Under the pieces are notes generated by a model. That model was not told the DNA's origin and made no database searches. It worked only from the letters and a program-made list of their open reading frames with translations. A DNA stretch of 64,000 nucleotides from Deltaproteobacteria bacterium (GTDB lineage Bacteria > Myxococcota > JACRCW01), in NCBI GenBank assembly GCA_016218805.1, contig JACRCW010000022.1:1-64000 (forward strand). The letters run 5' to 3'. The translations under genes were made by a program, and so were the position numbers. This document shows positions 34,745 to 44,960 of this stretch, piece by piece (positions within the stretch are counted from its first letter, which is position 1; each line of letters begins with the position of its first letter).

Positions 34745-37174
34745 ATGCACGGCACGTTCTATGAGGACGGCACGGACGGCGCGGGCACCACGGAAGACGT
34801 GGAAGTCAGGCTGCCCTCGCTGCTCGCCGGGTGGGACAGCGACGCGCGCTTCCGCGCGATTGTGAACGACGCTGCTGAGGGGATTGTCACCATTGACGAG
34901 TCCGGGACCATTGGGTTCATGAATGCCGCCGCCGAGCGCACCTTTGGGTTTGCGCGGGGTGAAATGCTGGGCCACTGCGTCTCCCAATTGGCGGCGCCGC
35001 CGCACCGCGGCTGGCGTCCCACGGACGTGGCGCGCTTCCTCACCATGGTGGAGAGCGACGTCATCCGCGGCTCGCACGAGCTGGAGGGGCAGCGCAAGGA
35101 CGGCAGCGTATTCCCGCTGCACGTTGCCGTGAGCGAGTTCTACGTGGCGGGCGGGCGGTTCTTCACCGGCATGCTGCGCGACCTGACCGCGCAACGGCAG
35201 GTGGAGGAGCAGTTGCGCCGCGCCAAGGCCGCCGCGGAATCCGCCAACCAGGCCAAGACGGACTTCCTGGCCACCGTCAGTCACGAGATGCGGACGCCCA
35301 TGAACGCGATCATTGGGATGTCCGAGCTGGCGCTGGTATCCCGCTCGCCGGCAGAACAGCATGATTTCATCCAGCGCGTGCAAGCCAACGCCGAAGCGCT
35401 GCTGCACCTCATCAACGGCATGTTGGACCTCTCCAAGATTGAGGCGCAGCAGCTGGACTTCCACCCGGAACCCGTGGACGTGGCGGCGCTGGTGGAAGAG
35501 GTCACGGACGAACTGCACGTGCGCGCGTCCGCAAAGAACCTGGAGATGGTATGCGACATTGCGCCGGACCTGCCGGCGCGGCTGCTGGTGGACCCCAACC
35601 GGCTGCGCCAGATCCTGGTCAACCTGGTGGGTAACGCCGTAAAATTCACGGACGCAGGCGAGGTGTGCCTGCGCGCGTTTGTTGACGGGTGGAACGGTGA
35701 GACGGTGCGGTTGCACTTCTTGGTGGTGGACACCGGTATTGGCATTGGGCCGGAGGACCAGAAACGCGTATTTGACAAGTTCTTCCAGGCGGACGCGTCA
35801 ACCACGCGGCGCTTTGGTGGCACGGGGCTGGGGCTGACCATCACCCAGTCACTGGTCCAGGCCATGGGCGGTTCCATGACGCTGGAGAGCGAGCCCGGGT
35901 GCGGCACCACTTTTGGCGTGCAGCTGCCGCTGGCGGTTGCGGATGCAACGCCGTGCGTGGTGGCCCAACCGCCCAGCACCGTCACGCGGGTGCTGATGGT
36001 TGAGGCCAACGCCAGCGCCGTGCTGGCCGCGCGCCGCGTGCTGGAACACCGGGGCTACCTGGTGGAGGCCGTGGCGGAATCCGCGGAAGCGGTGCGGCGC
36101 CTGCAGGAGGGGCCGGACCGGGTGAATGTGCTGCTGGTGGACCAGACGGTGGACGGCGGCGCATCCGCGGTCATCCGCGCGCTCCGGAGCCGGAGCGAGA
36201 ACGCCACCAGCCGCGTGGTGTTGCTGGCGGGCTACGGTGGCGCGGCGGTGGACGAGCAGATTGACGCGCGGCTCATCAAGCCGCTGGGCGGCCCGCGCCT
36301 GGTGGCGGGGGTGGAGCGTGTGCTGGGGCGGCAATCCGTGCCGGGCGCGGACCACGCCGTCTCACCTCGTCGCAACACGGCGCCGGCCCGGTGCCACCGG
36401 ATTCTCCTGGCGGAGGACTGCCCGGACAACCAGGTGGTGACCAGTCACACGCTCACCCGTGCGGGATACCAGGTGGACGTGGTGGACAACGGACAGCGCG
36501 CGGTGGAGCGCTCCGCGGATTACCCGTATGACCTCATCCTGATGGACGTGGAAATGCCGGAAATGGACGGCTTCCAGGCCACGCAGCGCATCCGCGAGCG
36601 CGAGTCCCTGCGCAGCGCCGAGCGCGTCCCCATTGTGGCGGTGACCGCGCACGCCCTGGAGGGCTTCCGCCAGCGGTGCCTGGACGCAGGCATGGATGAC
36701 TATGCCGCCAAGCCCGTGACACGGCAGCGGCTGGTGGAGTTGGCGGAGAAATGGATCGACAACCGGCCGCTCGTCCTGGTGGCGGATGACTCGGCGGACA
36801 GCCGGCACCTGTTGCGTTCCATTGTCACGCGTGACGGGCGTTTCCGCGTCATGCTGGCCCGCGACGGGCGCGAGGCGCTGGACCTGGCGGCACGCCGGCG
36901 CTTTGCGGCCGTGCTGCTGGACATGGAGATGCCATTGCTGGACGGCTACGCCACGGCTGCCGCCCTGCGCGCACGTCCGCAAGGGGACCAGTTGCTCATC
37001 ATTGCGCTCACCGGCAACGAGGGGCCGAACGAGGAGCGCAAGTGCCGTGAGGCCGGCTGCTCCGATTACCTTCTCAAGCCCATCCGCACGCGCGACCTGT
37101 TGGAGGCGCTGGATCCCGTTGCGCACACCGACTTCCCGACCCGGGGCACGGAGCTTGCGGTGGCCGACGGGTGA
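34745..37174 (+). CDS. Hybrid sensor histidine kinase (PAS-HisKA-HATPase-REC x3)
   Basis: FLATVSHEMRTPMN, NLVGNAVKFT, DTGIG, GGTGLGL; three receiver domains, the first degenerate; no TM segment. Confidence 0.93.
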   Translation: MHGTFYEDGTDGAGTTEDVEVRLPSLLAGWDSDARFRAIVNDAAEGIVTIDESGTIGFMNAAAERTFGFARGEMLGHCVSQLAAPPHRGWRPTDVARFLTMVESDVIRGSHELEGQRKDGSVFPLHVAVSEFYVAGGRFFTGMLRDLTAQRQVEEQLRRAKAAAESANQAKTDFLATVSHEMRTPMNAIIGMSELALVSRSPAEQHDFIQRVQANAEALLHLINGMLDLSKIEAQQLDFHPEPVDVAALVEEVTDELHVRASAKNLEMVCDIAPDLPARLLVDPNRLRQILVNLVGNAVKFTDAGEVCLRAFVDGWNGETVRLHFLVVDTGIGIGPEDQKRVFDKFFQADASTTRRFGGTGLGLTITQSLVQAMGGSMTLESEPGCGTTFGVQLPLAVADATPCVVAQPPSTVTRVLMVEANASAVLAARRVLEHRGYLVEAVAESAEAVRRLQEGPDRVNVLLVDQTVDGGASAVIRALRSRSENATSRVVLLAGYGGAAVDEQIDARLIKPLGGPRLVAGVERVLGRQSVPGADHAVSPRRNTAPARCHRILLAEDCPDNQVVTSHTLTRAGYQVDVVDNGQRAVERSADYPYDLILMDVEMPEMDGFQATQRIRERESLRSAERVPIVAVTAHALEGFRQRCLDAGMDDYAAKPVTRQRLVELAEKWIDNRPLVLVADDSADSRHLLRSIVTRDGRFRVMLARDGREALDLAARRRFAAVLLDMEMPLLDGYATAAALRARPQGDQLLIIALTGNEGPNEERKCREAGCSDYLLKPIRTRDLLEALDPVAHTDFPTRGTELAVADG

Positions 37175-37581
37175 GCCTCAGCCAGGAGTCCGCCGTGGGC
37201 ACAGAGCACGACCGTGACCCGATTCCCCGAAGAAAGTTCCCATCCCTGGGCCATGACCCTGAACGGCGCCTCGGTAGTGACCGCCGCGCCGTGGAGGAGG
37301 AGGTGGTCCTGCTGGTGCCTGACTTCATTGAGAACCGGCGGCGCGACGCGGAGGCGATTCCCCACCTGGCGCACGCCGGGGCGTTTGGGCAGGTCCAGCG
37401 GCTGGGTCACAACATGAAGGGCTGCGGTGTTTCCTACGGATTCCCGTCCATCAGCGAGATAGGACGAGATTTGTCCGCCGCGGCCAAGCAGGGCAATGTG
37501 AACGAGATTCTGCGCCTGAACAACGAGCTTTCCCGGATCCTGGAGAGCCTTCCGCACACCGGGCCCTGGCACGGGGACTGA
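37171..37581 (+). CDS. Stand-alone Hpt protein
   Basis: RLGHNMKGCGVSYGF Hpt motif; GTGA overlap with the kinase. Confidence 0.85.
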   Translation: MSLSQESAVGTEHDRDPIPRRKFPSLGHDPERRLGSDRRAVEEEVVLLVPDFIENRRRDAEAIPHLAHAGAFGQVQRLGHNMKGCGVSYGFPSISEIGRDLSAAAKQGNVNEILRLNNELSRILESLPHTGPWHGD

Positions 37582-37598
37582 CCGGCAGGGGCGGGGAC

Positions 37599-37613
37599 GT
37601 CTCAGCGTGAGAC
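37599..37613. promoter_or_regulatory. Palindromic operator / enhancer candidate
   Basis: GTCTCA-GCG-TGAGAC, intergenic; same motif at 45556. Confidence 0.55.
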
Positions 37614-37694
37614 GGCCGTGGTGCCACGCTCCGCCCAGCAACCGCACCGCCCAACAAGCGCGACGGGCCGCAGCCGGCCAACCGGGGTGACGAT

Positions 37695-39173
37695 GTGCAT
37701 GGGGCCCTCTTCCTCCTGTTGCTGGCGGTTGGCGCGCAAGCGGCCCCCGTGCCGCGCGCCAGGGAGCGGACGGGCATACGGCTGCCGCACCGCAACGTGC
37801 TCAAGATTGAGTTGGATGGCGGGCTCCTGCTGGACAGCAATCCCACCAATTCATCCCTTTCCAACCAGGCGCGCCTGCTCCGCGGAGAACTGCGGACCAG
37901 TTCGCCCGGCCTGGGGGTGTTCTTGGGGCGTTCCATTGCGTGGAGCCGGGAGCGCCGCCGCTATTCCGCGGCATTGGCGGCCAACGCGCGTGCGTGGGGT
38001 TCGGGGTACCTGGCGCCCGTCACTCCCGCGGTGCTGGCCGGGACCGCGCACCCGCGTCCGCCGGGAAACGTGTGGCCGCAGGGTCGTTTCTCGCTGGACC
38101 TGAGCATCGTTGGCGGTTTCACCTGGCGGACGCGGCACCGCGGCCAGTTGACGTCGTCGGTGGCGCTGGTGCGCACCAACCTGCCCACGCCCGAACAACT
38201 GGGACTGGTGCAGGGGCGCACCACGCTCCTGCTCACGCAGGCCTGGCAGCGCGTCAGCCCGCGCCGGACATGGATCACCACGCTGCGTGCGGGTATCCGC
38301 GGTGAGGCGCTGGATGACATCGCGCTGGACCTGTCCACGTGGAAGCTGCCTTCGCGTGACCAGGCACTGCCCATCTCGCTTGGGGGAGGGGGCCTCACCG
38401 CGGACGGGACGGTGGAGCGGCGGCTGAGCGCGCGCCACGCGCTGTATGCGCGCGGCCAGGTCGCCACCGCAGCGTTTGTCCGTTCGTCGCGGCTGCTGTC
38501 GCTGGCGGTCCCCGTAGCGGCCGTGGCGGGCTGGGCCAGCGTCCTCCGTCCGGACACCACCCTCCGGTTGGAAGCGGGGGCCTGGCTTCCCAACTCACTG
38601 TGTCCAAACCCCGCCATGGTGGCGTGTGTCCTTCCGTTGCGGACGGACCCATCCGTGGAGGCGACGGAAGCAACCGCGTGGGCCGCGGCGGCGGCGTGGG
38701 CACCGCAGCCGGTGGCGTTGCTGCAGTTGGAACAGGCGCTGGGGCGGCGCTGGCTGCTCAGCGTTCGGTTGGTCAAGGATGGCCGTTCCACGGCGCTGTA
38801 TTCGTTTGTGGATGACAAACGGCTGGACGTGAGTCTGACAGGGCTTCCCGCCCGCGCCTGGCAGGTGCGCCTCTCCTCGTCGGTGGCGCTGCTTTCATAC
38901 GGCGCTCCTGCGGACCCAGCCACCTTCCGCAGCCGAGTGCCCTGGCCAGGACTTGCCGCACCGTCACCGGTGGACCGGCTGGGGCGCCAGGACTTCCACG
39001 GCACGTTGGACGGGTCCGTGCGTTGGGTGGTCCGCCCGTGGCTGGTCCTCTCCGCGCAACAGAGCCTGCTCCTGCTGTTGACCACGTCGGAATCCCGGGG
39101 CGCGGACGGCAAGTGGCACAACCCAAGCCTGGCGCGCGGACTGACGGGAGCGTCGGTATTGCTGCAGTGGTGA
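37695..39173 (+). CDS. Probable outer-membrane beta-barrel (EpsX/Wzp-like EPS translocon partner)
   Basis: Signal peptide AVGAQA; alternating beta-strand pattern; C-terminal GASVLLQW; located in an EPS locus with a short OPX protein. Confidence 0.6.
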   Translation: MHGALFLLLLAVGAQAAPVPRARERTGIRLPHRNVLKIELDGGLLLDSNPTNSSLSNQARLLRGELRTSSPGLGVFLGRSIAWSRERRRYSAALAANARAWGSGYLAPVTPAVLAGTAHPRPPGNVWPQGRFSLDLSIVGGFTWRTRHRGQLTSSVALVRTNLPTPEQLGLVQGRTTLLLTQAWQRVSPRRTWITTLRAGIRGEALDDIALDLSTWKLPSRDQALPISLGGGGLTADGTVERRLSARHALYARGQVATAAFVRSSRLLSLAVPVAAVAGWASVLRPDTTLRLEAGAWLPNSLCPNPAMVACVLPLRTDPSVEATEATAWAAAAAWAPQPVALLQLEQALGRRWLLSVRLVKDGRSTALYSFVDDKRLDVSLTGLPARAWQVRLSSSVALLSYGAPADPATFRSRVPWPGLAAPSPVDRLGRQDFHGTLDGSVRWVVRPWLVLSAQQSLLLLLTTSESRGADGKWHNPSLARGLTGASVLLQW

Positions 39174-39259
39174 GTCCCGCCTGGGGCGAAAACCGCCCAT
39201 TGGGCACCGCTCCACGCCAATGGCGACGAGGACAACGTGCCACACCGATTCCGCTGAAT

Positions 39260-39275
39260 TGGCAGCCAGCTTGCA
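39260..39275 (+). promoter_or_regulatory. sigma54 promoter candidate
   Basis: TGGCAGCCAGCTTGCA, near consensus. Confidence 0.7.
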
Positions 39276-39324
39276 CCTCCGGGTGCCGTCCGGCTGTCCC
39301 GGGCCAACCATCAAGGGGCGCTCC

Positions 39325-40092
39325 ATGTCTGTTGAGACCCTGCAACTCGGCCCCGTTCCTGTTCACGCCGTGACCATGGCCCAGGCGCTGGACCTGATCC
39401 TGGATCGCCGCGCGTCCGGCGTCCCCGGCTACGTGTTGACGCCCAACGTGGACCACGTGGTGCTTGCCCGCCAGGACGCCAGCCTGGCCGCAGCCTACCG
39501 GGACGTATTTCTGTCACTTGCGGACGGCATGCCCATCCTGTGGGCGGCGCGCGCACTGGGCCGTCCGTTGCCGGAGAAGGTGAGCGGGTCTGACCTGGTG
39601 GTCCCGCTGCTGGAGCGTGCGGCGCGGGAGCATTGCAGTATTTACCTGTTGGGCGGCCGGGCCGGCAGTGGCCCGGAAGCGGCGCGTCGGATCGCGCAGC
39701 GCTGGCCCACGCTGCGCATTGCCGGCGTGGACGCACCGTTCATCAACGCCACCGCGGATGACGACGCTTCACGCGCGGCGTTTGACCGCGTGGTCAGGGC
39801 CAGCCCGGACCTGTTGCTGGTGGGGCTGGGGTGCCCCAAGCAGGAGCGGTGGATTCACCGGTATTCGTGCCTGCTGCCGGGGACCGTGTCGTTGGGCATT
39901 GGCGCGTCCATTGATTTCCTGGCCGGCGCGGTGCCGCGCGCACCCGCGTGGATGTCCCGCAGCGGACTGGAGTGGCTCTACCGTCTCAGCCGTGAGCCCC
40001 GGCGGCTCTGGCGCCGCTACCTGGTGCGGGATCCCGCGTTTTTCTGGATTGTGGGGCGGTTGCTGCTTGCGCGGGCGCCGGAGGCAGCGTGA
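39325..40092 (+). CDS. WecB/TagA/CpsF glycosyltransferase
   Basis: TPNVDH, LADGMPI, VSGSDL, GLGCPKQERW, GLEWLYRLSREPRRLWRRYL. Confidence 0.93.
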   Translation: MSVETLQLGPVPVHAVTMAQALDLILDRRASGVPGYVLTPNVDHVVLARQDASLAAAYRDVFLSLADGMPILWAARALGRPLPEKVSGSDLVVPLLERAAREHCSIYLLGGRAGSGPEAARRIAQRWPTLRIAGVDAPFINATADDDASRAAFDRVVRASPDLLLVGLGCPKQERWIHRYSCLLPGTVSLGIGASIDFLAGAVPRAPAWMSRSGLEWLYRLSREPRRLWRRYLVRDPAFFWIVGRLLLARAPEAA

Positions 40093-41324
40093 CCACCGGT
40101 GACCGCCTCCCCGGCGTGGCCGTGTTTGACGCGGACGCGCCGCCCGCGGTGGCGTTCACGCGCTCCCTGGGCGCGCGTGGCGTCCCGGTCACGGTGTACT
40201 CACCGCACCGCACCAGCGCGGCGGGCGCGTCGCGTTTTGCGGCGGCCACTGCGCGCTGCCCGCCGCCGGACCAGCCGGAGAGATTCCTTGTCTGGCTGGA
40301 GGCCGAATTCCGCGCCGGGCGCATCGGCTGCGTGGCGCCCACGTCGGACAACATCGCGTTCTGCCTGGCGGAGCTCCATGACCTGCTGCCTCCCGCCCTC
40401 CAGCGCGTGCTCCCGGCACCGGCCGCGGCCCGCAACGCGCTGTTCAAAGACCGCTTTCACGGCGTCCTGCAAACCCTGTCTTTCCCCGCGCCCCGGACCG
40501 CGGCGCCACGCACCCCGGACGAAGCAGAGCAGCTGGCGACAACCCTGCGTTTCCCGGTCGTGATCAAGCCGCGCGCGCATGTTGGCGCCATGCTTGACCG
40601 CGGGACCGTGGTGCGTGACCAGCGTGCGTTGCGCCGCCACTTCACCGCCTGCCATGACGGCAGCCCCATGGTGCTTGCGCGTTACCCATCACTGCGGCTG
40701 CCCATGCTCCAGGAGTACGTTCCCGGCGCGCTGCAGAACCTCTACAGCGTCAGCGGCCTGCTGGGGTGCTCCGGGGAGGTCCTGGCGGTTGCCGGTGCGC
40801 GCAAGACCGCCCAATGGCCACCCACGCTCGGCGTGGGCACCCGGTTTGAACCCTGGCTGGACGCTGCTGCCATGGCCAGGGGCGCGGAGCTTGCACGGGC
40901 AGTCCTGGGCACGGGCATCTTTGAGTTGGAGTTCATCTGGGACGCAGAGAGACAGGCGTTGCTTGCCATTGACCTCAATCCCAGGGGCTTTGGACAGATC
41001 AGCCTGGACGTGGCCCGCGGCAATGACCTCCCCTGGGAGTGGTACCGCCTGTACCGCGGCGACACATTGTCTCCGCGAGCTGCGCCGCGTCCCGATGTGC
41101 ATTGGCGCCACGCCCTGCCCTTCCACGTGGACCACGTGGCGCGCGTGGTGCGCGGACCACACCGGGTCCGGGAGGCGGCCGCCTATTTGACAACGTGGCG
41201 TGAGCCCGCGGTGGACATTGTGTTGGACACGCGGGACGTCCTGCCGGCCGTGGTCTACACGGCGCGGATGTTGCGGCACCCGGGCGGTCTGGTGCGTCCC
41301 TTCCTGCGCGCGCCAGCGGCCTGA
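40089..41324 (+). CDS. ATP-grasp carboxylate-amine ligase (D-aspartate-ligase-like)
   Basis: RSLGARGV, PTSD, FPVVIKPR, LQEYVPG, FELEF, IDLNPR. Confidence 0.8.
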   Translation: MTTGDRLPGVAVFDADAPPAVAFTRSLGARGVPVTVYSPHRTSAAGASRFAAATARCPPPDQPERFLVWLEAEFRAGRIGCVAPTSDNIAFCLAELHDLLPPALQRVLPAPAAARNALFKDRFHGVLQTLSFPAPRTAAPRTPDEAEQLATTLRFPVVIKPRAHVGAMLDRGTVVRDQRALRRHFTACHDGSPMVLARYPSLRLPMLQEYVPGALQNLYSVSGLLGCSGEVLAVAGARKTAQWPPTLGVGTRFEPWLDAAAMARGAELARAVLGTGIFELEFIWDAERQALLAIDLNPRGFGQISLDVARGNDLPWEWYRLYRGDTLSPRAAPRPDVHWRHALPFHVDHVARVVRGPHRVREAAAYLTTWREPAVDIVLDTRDVLPAVVYTARMLRHPGGLVRPFLRAPAA

Positions 41325-41356
41325 GCCGGTGGTCCCGCCCGCGGTCCCGTCGTTTC

Positions 41357-41372
41357 CGGCACGCACCTTGCG
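41357..41372 (+). promoter_or_regulatory. sigma54 promoter candidate
   Basis: CGGCACGCACCTTGCG, 30 nt before ATG 41402. Confidence 0.72.
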
Positions 41373-41401
41373 CCGCAAGACGCGGAAACCCGGAGTTTCA
41401 C

Positions 41402-42775
41402 ATGAACCCCGCATTTGACCGCATGGCCCCCACTCCTTTCTCGCTGGTGCACCTCTTTGCGGACCTGGTGATGTTGGCAGGTATGGCGTGGAGCCTGGAG
41501 CCCACGGGCATCTCCACGGGCCTGGAAGTGGCCCTGATGGTTCTGCTGTCGCTCGGCTGGCTCACCGCCTCCGCCGCGTTGCGCGCCTACCAGGCCTCTG
41601 CCCACCGCCACGCGTCCGACCAGTTCAGCGTCTGGGCGATGCAGACCGTGGTGGCCTGCGGCTGCGCGTTGCTGCTGTCCGTGCTTGCGCACGGGGCGAT
41701 GCCTCCCTCCGAGACGGTGTTTCTCGTTGCCGCCGGCCTGGGGCTGACACGGACGGTCCTGGTGGAGGCCGAGCACCTGTTCGGGCACCCCTCACAGACG
41801 GTGCTGATTGTCGGCGTGGGGCCGCTGGCGTGGTCCCTGGCCGGGCGGCTGGGCCGCGGGCGGGGCATGAGCCGCGTGGCCGGGTTCATTCCGCTGGACG
41901 GAGAAACGCCGTCACCCGCGCTGGCGCCGCGGGTGTTGGGTCCCGCCGGCAGCCTGGCGCACACGCTGTCTGAGCACTCCGTGGACGAGGTGTACGTGGC
42001 GGGCAACGCGGTCACGCAGACGGCGTCCATGCAGCAGGCCGTCACCGTGTGCGAGGAGCTGGGGATGCCGTTTGCGCTGCCGGCGCACGCGCTGTGCGTG
42101 GAGCGGGCGCAGGCGTTGACGCTGGACCGCAAGGACCTGGGCTTTGTCCATCACATCACCGCGCAGCCCATGCCCATGGCGCGCGGGGTGAAGCGCCTGT
42201 TTGACGTCATGGCCTCCGCCGTGGCGCTGCTGGTGCTGTCACCCCTGCTGCTGTTGGTGGCGTTCCTCATCAAGGTGACCAGCGCCGGCCCGGTGTTCTT
42301 TGGCCAGAAGCGGGTGGGCATGCATGGCCGGCCGTTCACCATGCTGAAGTTCCGTTCCATGGTGGTGGACGCGGAGGGCCAGCAGGAGAAGCTGGCCGCG
42401 CTCAATGAACAGGACGGACCGGTCTTCAAGATCCGCAATGACCCGCGCATCACCTCCGTGGGCCGCTTCATGCGGCGCTATTCCGTGGATGAACTGCCGC
42501 AACTCATCAACATCCTGCGCGGCGACATGTCCGTGGTGGGGCCGCGCCCGCCGGTGCCCAAGGAGGTGGCGCAGTATGAGCCGTGGCAGCGGCGGCGCCT
42601 GTCCGTCCGTCCCGGGTTGACGTGCCATTGGCAGGTGAGTGGCCGGAACAACATCTCCTTTGACCAGTGGATGCTGCTGGACCTGCGCTACATCGACCAG
42701 TGGTCCTTCTTCACCGATCTCAAGCTGATTGCCCGAACCATTCCTGCGGTGTTCTCCGGCCGCGGCGCAAGCTGA
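41402..42775 (+). CDS. Initiating phosphoglycosyl transferase (WcaJ/EpsZ-like)
   Basis: KRLFD, KFRSM, DPRIT, DELPQLINILRGDMSVVGPRP, PGLT; N-terminal TM helices. Confidence 0.95.
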   Translation: MNPAFDRMAPTPFSLVHLFADLVMLAGMAWSLEPTGISTGLEVALMVLLSLGWLTASAALRAYQASAHRHASDQFSVWAMQTVVACGCALLLSVLAHGAMPPSETVFLVAAGLGLTRTVLVEAEHLFGHPSQTVLIVGVGPLAWSLAGRLGRGRGMSRVAGFIPLDGETPSPALAPRVLGPAGSLAHTLSEHSVDEVYVAGNAVTQTASMQQAVTVCEELGMPFALPAHALCVERAQALTLDRKDLGFVHHITAQPMPMARGVKRLFDVMASAVALLVLSPLLLLVAFLIKVTSAGPVFFGQKRVGMHGRPFTMLKFRSMVVDAEGQQEKLAALNEQDGPVFKIRNDPRITSVGRFMRRYSVDELPQLINILRGDMSVVGPRPPVPKEVAQYEPWQRRRLSVRPGLTCHWQVSGRNNISFDQWMLLDLRYIDQWSFFTDLKLIARTIPAVFSGRGAS

Positions 42776-42786
42776 GGGGTCCCATC

Positions 42787-43452
42787 ATGGTGAACCTGTC
42801 CGCCCTTGTCTCCACCGCCGCCGCCAAGTGGCGCCGCGACGCTGACCTGCCCATGCATCTGCGGCTGTCCAAGGCCGCCGCGTACGCCCATGACCTGGCC
42901 GTGGCGCCGTGGTGGTTGCGCCACGTGGACCAGCGCGGCCACGGCGCGCGCATCCAGGGCCATCCGCCGCGGATTGAGAACCACGGCCGCATCATCCTGG
43001 GCAACAACGTGATGTTCCGCTCCGCCACCCTGCGCGCGGAATTGTACACGGCGCTGGATGCGGAGATCCGCATCGGTGACGGCTGCATCTTCGGTTCTGG
43101 CTGCGTGCTGGCAGCAACCAAGAGCATTGTGCTGGGGCAGCGCGTGTTCATCTCCTCCCTGGTGTACGTCATGGATTCCAACTTCCACGACGTGGAGAAC
43201 CGGGACCTGCACCCGCCGGGTGAGCCGGTGGTGCTGGACGACGACGTGTGGATTGGCACCAAGGCCTCGGTGCTCCAGGGCGTGCACATCGGGCGCGGGT
43301 CGGTGGTGGGCGCGCACGCGGTGGTGACCAAGGACGTGCCCCCGTATTGCATTGTCGCCGGGGTGCCTGCGCACGTGGTGCGGCGCATTGGCAGCGACAA
43401 AGCCCCGGCGGAAGGTCATCCGCCGTTCCGTCCCCCGCACGGCGCCGCGTGA
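42787..43452 (+). CDS. Hexapeptide-repeat acyltransferase
   Basis: MDSNFH, PVVLDDDVWIG, VVTKDVPP, GVPA. Confidence 0.88.
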   Translation: MVNLSALVSTAAAKWRRDADLPMHLRLSKAAAYAHDLAVAPWWLRHVDQRGHGARIQGHPPRIENHGRIILGNNVMFRSATLRAELYTALDAEIRIGDGCIFGSGCVLAATKSIVLGQRVFISSLVYVMDSNFHDVENRDLHPPGEPVVLDDDVWIGTKASVLQGVHIGRGSVVGAHAVVTKDVPPYCIVAGVPAHVVRRIGSDKAPAEGHPPFRPPHGAA

Positions 43453-44960
43453 GTCACGCCGCCCCCACCCCCGCCGCCACCCCGGCAGCCCCCGCCACCG
43501 AGCAGGCCGAGACCGCGCGCGCCGTCGTGAACGCTGCGGCGCTGGCGCTGTCGCTCGGCGGGAGCTGGGTGATTTCCCTGGCATTGCGCCTGGCGTTGCC
43601 GCGGATGCTCGGCCCGGAGCGGTTTGGCCAGCTGGCGTTTGCGGACTCCTTTGCCATCACGTTCCTGGTGTTCTCGTCGCTGGGGCTGGACACCTACGTG
43701 CGCAAGGTGGTCTCCGTTGATGCGTCAAAAGCCGGCGAATTCATGGGCGGCGCCATGGTGCTGCGCAGCCTTGCCACCGGAACGCTGGTGGCGCTGATGG
43801 TGGGCGCGTTGCGGCTGGCGGGTGGTGATGCGGCGCCGGTGAGCCTGGTGGTCCTGGCCGGCCTTGCGCAGGCGCTGTTGTCGCTCAACACGTCGCTGGC
43901 CGCGCTGATGGACGCGCGCGGTGAGACCCGCCGCACGGCGCCGCTGGCCGTGGTGGCCAAGGTCATCTACGCGGGCGGTGCGGCCACCGCGTTGCTGCTG
44001 GGTGCGGGACTGCACGCGGTGCCGCTGTCCATGCTGGCCGGCGAGGCCTGGCGCTGCGTGGTGCTGTGGCGGCGCGTTGACGTGGCCTTTCCGGGGAAAT
44101 GGCGCGTGGACCTGCGCGCGGCGGGACGCGTGGTGATCGCGTCGCTGCCGTTCTATCTGAACATCGTCTTCTTCAGCATCTACGGGGAGCTGGATCTGAC
44201 GCTGATTGCGTTTGGCCCCGGCCGCGTGGAGGCGGGATACTACGGCGCATCCAACAACCTTGCGGCGCTGACCCTCATGTTGATGCCGCTGCTGCCCGCC
44301 ATCGTCATGCCGGCCGGGTCGCGCGCGGCGGCGCGGTCGCTGGAGGAGCATGACCGCCTGATGGGCGCGGCCTGGCGGGTGGCGCTGCTCATCAGCATTC
44401 CCCTGGCCGTCTTGCTGGTGGTGGGTGCGCGGGACGTCGTGGCGGTGGTGTTTGGTGCGGACTACGCGCCGTCCTGGAAATCCCTGGTCATGCGCGCTCC
44501 CACGGTGGTGCTGGGCTATGCCAGCACGCTGAGCGCCATCTATCTCATTCAGATGGAGCGGACCTGGTACGTCACGCTCACGTCCGCAGCGGGGCTGCTG
44601 GTGAAGCCGGCGCTGAGCCTGGTGGCCATTGCGTGGGGTCATGCGCACCTGGGCGCGGGCGGGGCCGGGGCGGGGGCCGGGGCGGCCTCGCTGCTGACTG
44701 AGTTCCTCATCGTCGTGCTGATGATGCGCGCGGGTGCGCGGATTCCCGCGGCGGCGCAACTGCGACGGACCCTGGTGGCCACCGGCGTGCCGTGCGCGGC
44801 GGCCGTGCTGGTGCACGCCGTGCTCCCCCTGCAGGGCTTGCCCGCGCTGTTGGCGTTGACCGCCACGTATGTGGCGGTGGGGCGCCTGACCGGCGCGTTG
44901 GGCCTGGGGTCGGTGGTCCACGTCTTGCGTTTGCTTATCCGCCGGAGGACGGCCTCATGA
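43449..44960 (+). CDS. wzx: Wzx flippase
   Basis: RMLGPERFG, LGLDTY, AGYYG; about 14 TM helices; GTGA overlap with the upstream stop. Confidence 0.88.
   Translation: MSHAAPTPAATPAAPATEQAETARAVVNAAALALSLGGSWVISLALRLALPRMLGPERFGQLAFADSFAITFLVFSSLGLDTYVRKVVSVDASKAGEFMGGAMVLRSLATGTLVALMVGALRLAGGDAAPVSLVVLAGLAQALLSLNTSLAALMDARGETRRTAPLAVVAKVIYAGGAATALLLGAGLHAVPLSMLAGEAWRCVVLWRRVDVAFPGKWRVDLRAAGRVVIASLPFYLNIVFFSIYGELDLTLIAFGPGRVEAGYYGASNNLAALTLMLMPLLPAIVMPAGSRAAARSLEEHDRLMGAAWRVALLISIPLAVLLVVGARDVVAVVFGADYAPSWKSLVMRAPTVVLGYASTLSAIYLIQMERTWYVTLTSAAGLLVKPALSLVAIAWGHAHLGAGGAGAGAGAASLLTEFLIVVLMMRAGARIPAAAQLRRTLVATGVPCAAAVLVHAVLPLQGLPALLALTATYVAVGRLTGALGLGSVVHVLRLLIRRRTAS

Noticed and set aside
31675..39243. 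GTGCCAC in three intergenic regions (31675, 37621, 39237) as reverse-strand sigma54 sites
   Set aside because: No GC at the -12 position on the minus strand; a 7-mer is too short to support another role.
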